Source of the DNA: a plasmid
DNA length: 64,000 nucleotides
Sequence record: CP071152.1
Direction: 5' to 3' (one strand)
In this document: positions 56,969-64,000 of the stretch, one piece after another
How the letters are laid out: every line of letters starts with the position of its first letter
Position numbering within the stretch: position 1 is the stretch's first letter
The notes under the pieces: generated by a model
Told to the model about the DNA's origin: nothing
The model's input: only the letters and a program-made list of their open reading frames with translations
Database searches by the model: none
Made by a program: the position numbers and the translations under genes

Positions 56969-57327
56969 AGGCTGCCGAAAACGGGGTCGATGAAGCCCGT
57001 CTGTTAATGGCGAGATTCTACCTAGAGGCGCTGGGCGTCGAACGCGATGAGGCCGAAGGCGTGGCGTGGGTGGCGGAGGCAGCCGTGCAAAAGGGCAAGA
57101 CCGCCCGCCAAGCCCAAGCGATGCTGGGCTCTCTCTTCCAACGTGGGGTCGGGGTCGAGCGTGATCTCAAGATGGCCTACGTCTGGTATTCCGTGGCGGC
57201 GGCCAATGGCGACGGCGGAGCGCCGATCAGTCGCGACCTCGTCGCCAAGGGGCTGAGTGCCGATGAACTGGATGAGGCGCAAGCACTGGCTGGCCAGTAT
57301 TTCGAGCGTTTTAATACCAAGTCCTAG
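56791..57327 (+). CDS. Sel1-repeat (SLR/TPR-like) protein, apparently 5'-truncated by the IS200/IS605 insertion
   Basis: Repeated A.W..KAA..G...AQY.LA..Y..G.GV..D motifs. The ORF begins inside a repeat. Confidence 0.55.
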   Translation: MARRYHVGSGVPQDDSQSVAWLNKAADLGHTEAQYAMAVRYFNGTGVPQDYLHARYWCMKAAENGVDEARLLMARFYLEALGVERDEAEGVAWVAEAAVQKGKTARQAQAMLGSLFQRGVGVERDLKMAYVWYSVAAANGDGGAPISRDLVAKGLSADELDEAQALAGQYFERFNTKS

Positions 57328-58329
57328 TCCTGCTCTTGACCCGGTTCATACCCCAAAGCCCTGTGGCTGGCCTCCATGAGGACAGTAGGGCTTAACCGGC
57401 GAACGTCGCACGCCCTAGCGACCAGCCGCACATTTGGGCCGGTACAAAGACGCACCAGGTAGTCCCCACCCCCCTGAAAGTCTTTACCCCCAAATGATCT
57501 TCCCTCAACAAAGCCGGGGATCCCCATTCTTCCAAAAGCGTTAAACCCAACTCGGGGCCGCCACGCGCATCCGGTTGCGCTCCCGCTCGTCGAACACCTG
57601 GCCACCGAGGTCGTTCCCGGAGCCTGGTGCCAAAGCCGCGGTGAATGTCCCTAGTGGAGAAGATGAGCTCCAAGACGGGTCTGCACGCCGCCGTCGTACT
57701 GGCCACTGCCGGTGTACCAGGAGCCGGTCAGGTAGAGACGCACCTTAAATGTCCACCGAGGAGATCACCCCGCCAATGCCCAGGACTGGTGTGCGTGCTG
57801 CCCAGGGAGGGTCGTCCGGCGGAGGAGACACCCGTTCTGATGGCCTCCCCGTCCATCAGGGACAGCAGGGATGTCGGCCAGGTGCTCCAGAGCAACCGCC
57901 ACCTGGGTGCCGCCCAGTGCCGCCCCCAACATCGAGGTGATCGCAAGTGGAGTACCAGCGTAAGCGGGAGGTGAGCTGCGCCAGCTGCGCTGCCCTCCTC
58001 TTCGGCGAGCGGGAGTGCCTTTGGCCTGTAAAAGACAGGGGAAGAGAGCTCTAGTGCAGTGAGGTATGCAAGCGGCTGATGTCCTTAGGCGGACAAGGAG
58101 GCTTGCGCGACTTGGGTCGCACCCTCCGAGGAGCTGGCCACACCGGCGGTGCTCCAGGTAAAACCGTGGAGGTTGGAGTCCTCCGTGCAGATTGAGGGCC
58201 CTCAGCGATGTCGTTTGCCAGGTGTTGACCAGGGTAGCGTCGGCACCTGCGTTCTGGAGTGGGCCCTGTTATTGACCACAAGAAACAGCAGTAATTACTG
58301 GAATACCAGCTACTTACACAACACCTCTG

Positions 58330-59199
58330 CTACTGCTTTCCGCGCTTTCGATTCTTGATGATCACGCAGCGGTCTTTACCTTTGCCACCTGGGGTCAATG
58401 CGTAATCCAGGTAACCAATCTTCTCCAATTCGGCCAACCCGTTGACGATTGAGCGATTCACCTCTGCTTCGGTGCCGGTCAAGCACAGACGCGATCTGAT
58501 CCGGCTAAACGCCAACGGTGCCGGATTCTTTGGCAGGGCATGAATGAACATATAAAGGCATTGTGCGGTCTCCCGCCTCTGGAGTGCTTCCTGAGTGTCT
58601 AGGGACAACAGGATCTCGTGGTCAATCCGGTACAACTCCCACAGTCGCTCGTCAGGCACGAGCTTGATTTTATTGGCGTCAATGTCATAGGTGGCGCTCT
58701 GGAGCAAGTGCGTCTTATGGGTTTTGGTCCCGGCGGAAAATGTTATCACCTGACTCATGATGCGGGTAAGGCTGGTATCCACTCGTGTCTTTAATACCGT
58801 GCTCTGCGCCGAACTCGGATACCCGCACAACCGCGAAAACTCCGAAAAGCTCATTTCCAGACCGTTGGGCTGAAAACCATACTGTTCAAACGCCCGCACG
58901 ATCCCCGTCCAGATCTTGAAATCTGTGTCGATGTTGAGCCGTGACCCGAAGATTTTCACATCAACATACCCTTCGGTACGGGCAAACGTAATCTCGCGCA
59001 TGGCGGAGGAGAGATCTGCAACACGCCCCTTCGCTCTCGATGTACGACCCACCGGCGTGAAGATCGGAGTCCGTAAAATCAGGTTTGGGTGAACTGTGGA
59101 TTGCCTGTGATGACGCAGCGTGGACAATGAAGATCCAGCCTTGATTGGATGCTCTAACAGCTTTGATTTTTCAGGATTTTTTGAATCATCGTTAGTCAT
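58330..59199 (-). CDS. repA: Plasmid replication initiator (RepA-like, iteron-binding type)
   Basis: 289 aa. Five 22-bp iterons, a DnaA box and an AT-rich GATC cluster lie immediately upstream. The winged-helix-like blocks are basic. Confidence 0.5.
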   Translation of the reverse strand: MTNDDSKNPEKSKLLEHPIKAGSSLSTLRHHRQSTVHPNLILRTPIFTPVGRTSRAKGRVADLSSAMREITFARTEGYVDVKIFGSRLNIDTDFKIWTGIVRAFEQYGFQPNGLEMSFSEFSRLCGYPSSAQSTVLKTRVDTSLTRIMSQVITFSAGTKTHKTHLLQSATYDIDANKIKLVPDERLWELYRIDHEILLSLDTQEALQRRETAQCLYMFIHALPKNPAPLAFSRIRSRLCLTGTEAEVNRSIVNGLAELEKIGYLDYALTPGGKGKDRCVIIKNRKRGKQ

Positions 59200-59225
59200 G
59201 CTGCCCTGCCGCTCTCTTGTTCACT

Positions 59226-59480
59226 ACTCGCTGATTTAGGCCACATGAATCGCTCATATAGACCACACGAAATGCTCACATAGACTACATGAACCTGCTA
59301 GTACAGACCACAAGAATCGCTAATTTAGACCACATGGAACGAGTTATGCACAGGGCGCAAAGCCCCGTGGCACATGAGATGAAACGTGATTTTGGTATGG
59401 CGGGGATCTTTTGGATCTTAGATATGGATCTATAGGGGATCGTTATGGTTAAGGGCGACCAGATCTGTGGATAACTGGTA
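59226..59480. other. Candidate oriV: five direct 22/23-bp iterons, a DnaA box and an AT-rich GATC-rich segment
   Basis: Iterons (T)AGACCACAYGAA.. at 59238, 59260, 59282, 59305 and 59327. The DnaA box TGTGGATAA (TTATCCACA on the rep strand) is at 59466..59474. Four GATC sites lie in 59405..59465. Confidence 0.6.
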
Positions 59481-60227
59481 CCCCGAAGTATAACAGCGAG
59501 GCTTTCCAAGTTGTGGCTGACACCCAGATTGTGCTCAACACCCGGCTGGGAGCTGGCCACACCGGCGGTGCGCCAGAGCGAGGTCAAGGTCGAGCTGGTG
59601 GCTCGGGTACACGAAGGACACTGAGACCCATGCAGATGTCGGGGCAGCGATGTCCCCGGATAGGGTTCGTCATCTGGCTGAGGCGCAGGACTTGGCACCG
59701 TAGCCGATAGACATCATCCCCGGCTAGGCGAGGGATCTTCTGCTAGGCTGGAATGGTTAACCGCCGAAATGGCAGCCAAGAATGGAAGTTATCAGCCAAG
59801 CGTTGGTACTCGTTTTTGATCCGCCGAACAGGCAGCCAAACACTTCATGCGACCTGATGGCGGGGCAAACTCAGCAATGAGCGCCCCGCACCTTTTTACA
59901 TTCCCCTTCCCTTCCCTATCGTGGTCGGCCCCAACGCGCAGATGCACGACGGCTGATACTTGTCCTTGGTGGAGTGGCACCACCCGGCAGCCTGGTACAC
60001 CCGGTTGAGGAGATGACCCCTGTTCTCGATGGTGCTGCTCGATGTAGCGGGCGACGGCGGGCCTGTGACTGAGCGCAGAGCTGCCCTGTGGCTGGTGGCC
60101 TGTGTCAGACCCGGTGCTGGGCATCCTTTCCGGTGAGCATCTTGGGCTCAATTCGAGGCAACGCGAAGGAATGGAAAGGTAGAGAGAAAGCCCCGATATG
60201 TTAACCGGACGGTTCGGGGCTTTGATT

Positions 60228-60632
60228 TTAAAACTGGTCAGTGGCGGTGGCCACCGCGCCCCGAAGAGCGCCTAAGTTGACCAGCCCAATCACATCCAAG
60301 GCAGTTTGGGTCAGCTCAAACGGGTCTGCACGTAGGCCAACAACACTCAGATGTTCGCTCATGCCGTTCACCTCACCGATGTGCTCTATGAAGTAATCGA
60401 CGCAGGCTTGCAGGCCACCCCTTACAGCGCAGTCGTGCATCTGTTTGTGATGGTCGCCGTTGAGCACGAAGAAAACCCGACCATCCAGCACAAGGGCCGT
60501 GGTCACGCTGCCGTAATCGGCCACACTGGGTAGGAAACTGAGGTGGAAGCGATCAAACGGCACCGACATGTTGGGGGACTGGGCATTGATGACCGGGATT
60601 ACATGATGCTTGTAAGCGGGGTGAGCTTGCAT
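60228..60632 (-). CDS. Hypothetical protein (134 aa)
   Basis: Clean ORF in a region otherwise poor in convincing genes. Confidence 0.35.
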   Translation of the reverse strand: MQAHPAYKHHVIPVINAQSPNMSVPFDRFHLSFLPSVADYGSVTTALVLDGRVFFVLNGDHHKQMHDCAVRGGLQACVDYFIEHIGEVNGMSEHLSVVGLRADPFELTQTALDVIGLVNLGALRGAVATATDQF

Positions 60633-61024
60633 ATCGCCTCCGAAGGCTGATGTTTTGGCGGGTTTGATCTACCCGTCCATTCGACAATCCGTATTAAGCC
60701 GTCAGCTCCACAACATCATCGGAGCGAGTAAGGCCATCGTTGGTGCCGGACGCCGGTGAATATGTCCAGCCGTACACCTCCGTGTCGCAGTATTCCTGTG
60801 CGGCTACAGCCTCACACGCGGCGTTATTGTTGCCCTCGATTGCGCCACTACCTCGTTGGTCTCGGCGTTATAGACATAAAGAATCATGCTCGACCTCTCA
60901 CCGCTTGTAGTTCATTTGTAATTCATTGACGCCCTGCAACACCGATTACAGCAGGGATTGAGACTGACTCCTTGAAGGACAATGCCACCAAGTAGATGGT
61001 GGACATCGAGCTGCCATCAGCGCG

Positions 61025-61303
61025 TCACAGTCGATGTTTGAGCTTGTTGATGCGACTCCGATACCGGGCATCACAACTACTCCAGATCACCCGTTGGCCA
61101 GCAGCCTCCATCAGTGCGGTGGTCACGAGGCGGGGTATTTCCAGATGAACCCCGTCCCAGTCGGAGAGATCAAGAGCGCCTTGTTTGACCAACTGTTGGA
61201 TCTGTTCCTCCAGCCGGTTGTTGAGCTCCAGCACGATGAACTCTTCCACATGCTGCTTGAGGGCAACGATGGCTTCTTCGGTGGACAATGTGCTGGTAGT
61301 CAT
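61025..61303 (-). CDS. Hypothetical small protein (92 aa)
   Basis: The start is set at an internal Met so that it abuts the upstream gene's stop. Confidence 0.3.
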   Translation of the reverse strand: MTTSTLSTEEAIVALKQHVEEFIVLELNNRLEEQIQQLVKQGALDLSDWDGVHLEIPRLVTTALMEAAGQRVIWSSCDARYRSRINKLKHRL

Positions 61304-61752
61304 TGTTTTGCTCCCTCGTTGCTCAAGAGTGGATCCGGCCATTGAACGTCCAACTCGTCATCCTCGTCAGCGCCGTTGAGACCATTGCACTTCACGCACC
61401 AGTAGATCGCGGCAGCTTCGGTCGGTTCGGGCTTATCGCTAAAGCCAAGGGCATTGACGCAGCGATAGCCAGCGTCCGTTTTCTCCACGGTGTATCCGTG
61501 TTCAGCCAGATAAGCCCGCATCACTAGCATCTCTTCATGCCATTCTGCGTACTGCACCCAGAACCCGGCATCCACATTGCCGCTCTTGCAGATCGTGATC
61601 TCTGCGTCCGGCGCGACACAGGCAATCAGGTTCCACGCCAGATGGCGGATGGCCACATGGGTAAACGCCGCATCAACGCTCTCTGCCTCGACCTCGACCC
61701 GCTCCACACACAGAGCGCCTTGGTTGTAAGCCAATACCTGATAACGATCCAT
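61300..61752 (-). CDS. Hypothetical protein (150 aa), a weak paralogue of the next gene
   Basis: Shared N-terminal pattern VEAESVDAAFTHVAI versus VQAANSTDAFTLVAL. Confidence 0.4.
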   Translation of the reverse strand: MDRYQVLAYNQGALCVERVEVEAESVDAAFTHVAIRHLAWNLIACVAPDAEITICKSGNVDAGFWVQYAEWHEEMLVMRAYLAEHGYTVEKTDAGYRCVNALGFSDKPEPTEAAAIYWCVKCNGLNGADEDDELDVQWPDPLLSNEGAKQ

Positions 61753-61834
61753 TTCTGACCTCTCGTAACGCCGATGTTCTGGATAGCGGGTAAGGGTGGA
61801 GGCCGCGATCAGCCTCCATGTCCGTGGTGGAAGT

Positions 61835-62302
61835 TCACTTCATGAGGGCGGCCTGGGGATTGAAGACGAACTGATCGTCATAATTGCTCAGGTTGACCTG
61901 ATTCTCTCTTACACAATCCGCCATCGCGCCCCACAGAGTCATGAACTCGAACGGGCAGCTTTCACCGTTGGGGGCGATCCAGACGTAGCGGTTGTTCTCG
62001 GTCTGGTGCAGGAAGTAGCCCAGCACTTCGAGGTACTTGCCAAGGCTCTCAAGGTCGGCCTCATTCGGCTGGCTAACGTCATCGAGCCATTGGCTGCAAC
62101 TGCACGTACCCCCGCCGGGGAACGCCACACCCTGCCCTTCACACAGGTTGCCTTCGAGGCACACCACCAAATCGCATTCGCCGTTGCGTTGCAGGGCAAC
62201 GAGAGTAAAGGCATCAGTTGAATTGGCCGCCTGCACAACATCCATGAAGGTGTGGTTGTTGTCGAAGTCGGTTGAGATAACGGTAAACGCTTGGTGGGTC
62301 AT
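61835..62302 (-). CDS. Hypothetical protein (155 aa)
   Basis: Palindrome copy 1 lies 57 bp upstream. Confidence 0.4.
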   Translation of the reverse strand: MTHQAFTVISTDFDNNHTFMDVVQAANSTDAFTLVALQRNGECDLVVCLEGNLCEGQGVAFPGGGTCSCSQWLDDVSQPNEADLESLGKYLEVLGYFLHQTENNRYVWIAPNGESCPFEFMTLWGAMADCVRENQVNLSNYDDQFVFNPQAALMK

Positions 62303-62358
62303 GGCAGCCTCCGGTGTGTGGCGCAGAGCGTTTCTGCTCTCTTTATGAAACCATCATA

Positions 62359-62599
62359 TTATCCGTTTGGGATAGTTGCAAGCGTTTTACAGATGTTTAT
62401 TTTTAACGGGTCTATCCTGGCGTTCAGCCGGGCTTTCGGGCCGATACAAACGGACTTCTACCGCGCCATCCTACAATCATTGTCCATGAAGGAATGACAC
62501 TGCAAACCGCGCCAAGCATGGGGTTCGGGGATAATCTGGGGTTCGAAAAAGAATTTTATAGAACGCATTTGACTATCCGTTTGGGATAGTTCAAGATGA
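62359..62599. promoter_or_regulatory. Divergent promoter region with two copies of the inverted-repeat operator (C/T)TATCC-GTTTG-GGATAG
   Basis: Copies at 62359..62375 and 62583..62599. They share a 24-bp context ATCCGTTTGGGATAGTT.CAAG. Each lies 40-57 bp upstream of one of the divergent genes. Confidence 0.55.
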
Positions 62600-62638
62600 T
62601 TTCAAGAGCAGCGAAATCCCAACCTCTGAGAGGCCGCC

Positions 62639-63067
62639 ATGAGCAAGACCTATATCGCCCAAGTGCATCACCAGAATGAGTTCAGCAGCAGCGAGATCGC
62701 TACGTTCGTCAATACCCTGACCGGCGTGGACATTGCCCGCATCAAAGCACTGGCAAACGTGTGTAGCGTAACCAAGGCGGCGTATATCGAAGATTGGTAC
62801 TACGGAGGGAATTGGTCGGAGGTGAGCTATGAAGACCTGCGCAGTGAGGGGAAGAGTCATGACGAAGCACTGGATGAGGTCGAAGATCAATGTGCCCGCG
62901 TTGAGTGCGTGAAGCTGCGCGTCTGCAAGGATTACTTCTACTTCACGGCCATCCCCAAACACTATGACTCGACCTGTGAAATGCACACCGCATGGACGAG
63001 CGTCGCCGACCTCGATAACGACGACCCGCTGATCCTGTTTGACATAGAGTTTGAGGAGGCCAAGTGA
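62639..63067 (+). CDS. Hypothetical small protein (142 aa), paralogue 1
   Basis: Paralogous to the next gene (IARI..LA..C ... L+V.K+YF.FT.IP.H pattern). Confidence 0.45.
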   Translation: MSKTYIAQVHHQNEFSSSEIATFVNTLTGVDIARIKALANVCSVTKAAYIEDWYYGGNWSEVSYEDLRSEGKSHDEALDEVEDQCARVECVKLRVCKDYFYFTAIPKHYDSTCEMHTAWTSVADLDNDDPLILFDIEFEEAK

Positions 63068-63144
63068 TCGCCATCACCCCAGCTAGGCGACTACCCAACC
63101 CGATCATTTAATGCCGCGACCACGACCACTGAGAGAGCTGAATC

Positions 63145-63567
63145 ATGCCAAAAACTCTGATTGCCGATGCTTATCACCTTAACGGCTTTGGCACCTGTGA
63201 GATCCAAACACTGCTGGCCCTGTTGAGCGATACCAAGATCGCCCGCATCCGAGAGTTAGCTGCCGCTTGCGCGTCCCTCGATGTGAGCTGGATTGAAGTC
63301 GAGGATGACGACATCATTTGGTCTTCCGAGCAACTTGATGGGCTGGAGGCTCAATGCGAGGACATAGAGCACGTTATGGAGAGCCTGGCGGATAATGAGG
63401 TGCCCACCCAAAGTAGCCAGCTCAGGGTCAGCAAAGAGTATTTTCAGTTCACCTGCATCCCGGAGCATCCGTGCTTTGGTGGCGAGGTGTATATCGAGAG
63501 CCACCCCATCTCAGACCTCGATAGCCAGCCGACGCTGCTCACCTGCCTTGATAGCCATGACGCTTAA
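63145..63567 (+). CDS. Hypothetical small protein (140 aa), paralogue 2
   Basis: See paralogue 1; this gene has its own RBS. Confidence 0.45.
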   Translation: MPKTLIADAYHLNGFGTCEIQTLLALLSDTKIARIRELAAACASLDVSWIEVEDDDIIWSSEQLDGLEAQCEDIEHVMESLADNEVPTQSSQLRVSKEYFQFTCIPEHPCFGGEVYIESHPISDLDSQPTLLTCLDSHDA

Positions 63568-63684
63568 TCCCACGACCACCAATCCCACCGACCGATGCAG
63601 GCTTCGGCCTGCCATAAGGATGACCATCTTAAATGCGAAAGGGGACTCCCTCCGACGTAGGTGGGAGGGGAATTTCGCCGGGCG

Positions 63685-64000
63685 TCAGCCCCGCTGAATG
63701 TATTGCTTGATCACCTCCAACGGTGCTCCGCCGCAAGAGCCCGCAAAGTAAGAGCGTGACCAGAGTACGGGTTTGCTGTAAGCACCTCTCAAGTCCAGAA
63801 ATTCATTACGCAGTCGCCTTGATGTGACCGCCTTTAACGAGTTCACCAGTACCGATAGCTGCACCGTTGGCGCGTACTCTATCAGCATGTGAACATGATC
63901 AGCCTCTCCGTCACACTCTTTCAGTTCCGCACCAAAATCTCTGCAAACCTCTGCCGCACACTGACCGAAGGAGGCGTGATGCAGATCCCCCAATATCGGC
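63685..64000 (-). CDS. tnpA: Second copy of IS200/IS605 TnpA (inverted relative to the first); its 5' end runs off the window
   Basis: The protein ...GDLHHASFGQCAAEV ... HVHMLIEY ... QYIQRG-stop is identical to the 56318 copy. Confidence 0.7.
   Translation of the reverse strand, partial: PILGDLHHASFGQCAAEVCRDFGAELKECDGEADHVHMLIEYAPTVQLSVLVNSLKAVTSRRLRNEFLDLRGAYSKPVLWSRSYFAGSCGGAPLEVIKQYIQRG

Noticed and set aside
57330-58330. ORFs of 70-110 aa on both strands between the Sel1 fragment and the rep gene
   Set aside because: The region is rich in the dispersed GC-rich repeat family. No coding signal was found.
59285-60151. ORFs 59285..59698, 59513..59710 and 59792..60151
   Set aside because: They overlap the iterons and DnaA box, or GC-rich repeat DNA, and the translations are implausible.
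1-64000. tRNA, rRNA, integron attC/intI and group II intron searches by eye
   Set aside because: No cloverleaf-like conserved strings (for example GTTCGAATC), no 16S/23S signatures and no integrase or attC core sites were seen. This cannot be excluded without tRNAscan or Infernal.

Overview
This is a mosaic accessory region, GC-rich overall (roughly 58-62%). It looks like a segment of a large conjugative plasmid or replicative ICE from a gammaproteobacterium. No rRNA, tRNA or CRISPR array was recognised.

In order along the window:
- 1-7.6 kb: tellurite-resistance TerD-domain genes on the minus strand. Divergent from them is the five-gene ter-linked biosynthetic module (ATP-grasp, phosphoribosyltransferase, HAD phosphatase, StiP-family PRTase-like protein, HpcH/citrate-lyase-like aldolase), followed by a DUF4236-like protein.
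- 8.3-9.96 kb: an IS nest. An IS3-family element (orfA and orfB, slippery A-AAA-AAG site, 15-bp terminal inverted repeats) sits between a DDE-transposase 3' remnant and an IS21 IstB fragment.
- 10.1-12.3 kb: a DNA cytosine-5 methyltransferase plus two unknown genes.
- 12.6-16.0 kb: two related IS4-family elements in inverted orientation bracket a 123-aa passenger gene. The second transposase carries a +1 frameshift in a G5 run.
- 16.05-19.3 kb: a CSS-motif-type EAL phosphodiesterase that appears to have lost its N-terminus to the IS, then umuDC with a LexA-box-like site.
- 19.5-33.4 kb: conjugation and maintenance genes. These are traG, traH and a traF-like gene; a DnaC-like ATPase; a lipoprotein; an actin-like ParM-ParR pair; five copies of a palindromic 18-bp core; two conserved conjugative-element genes; and a 970-aa HD-domain MOBH-type relaxase (TraI).
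- 33.4-34.8 kb: a 44-bp tandem repeat beside a DnaA box, then an array of about 10 degenerate ~100-bp GC-rich units. The same repeat family recurs as dispersed copies near 52.4, 53.6, 57.6 and 59.5 kb.
- 35.0-39.8 kb: cryptic small-gene clusters. They include a CoiA-like zinc-finger protein, a very acidic protein, an RHH regulator beside a 14-bp perfect palindrome, and a wHTH-nucleotidyltransferase fusion.
- 40.0-50.4 kb: a Tn554-like trio (two tyrosine recombinases plus a small third gene) followed by AT-rich cargo: a DUF2971-like protein, a PIN-like protein, and an 865-aa RloC-like ABC ATPase with a CxxC zinc hook.
- 50.4-57.3 kb: a second IS3-family element (orfB frameshifted in a C5 run), a ParD/ParE-type toxin-antitoxin pair, a (GTGCCG)6 microsatellite, an IS200/IS605 element (intact tnpA, decayed tnpB) and a Sel1-repeat gene fragment.
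- 58.3-64.0 kb: an iteron-type replicon (RepA-like gene, five 22-bp iterons, DnaA box, GATC cluster), paralogous small genes with shared palindromic operators, and a second inverted IS200 tnpA copy at the window edge.

The main candidates for a previously undescribed system are the Tn554-like element's three-gene AT-rich cargo, the wHTH-nucleotidyltransferase fusion, and the dispersed GC-rich ~100-bp repeat family. All calls come from reading motifs by eye; no searches could be run.
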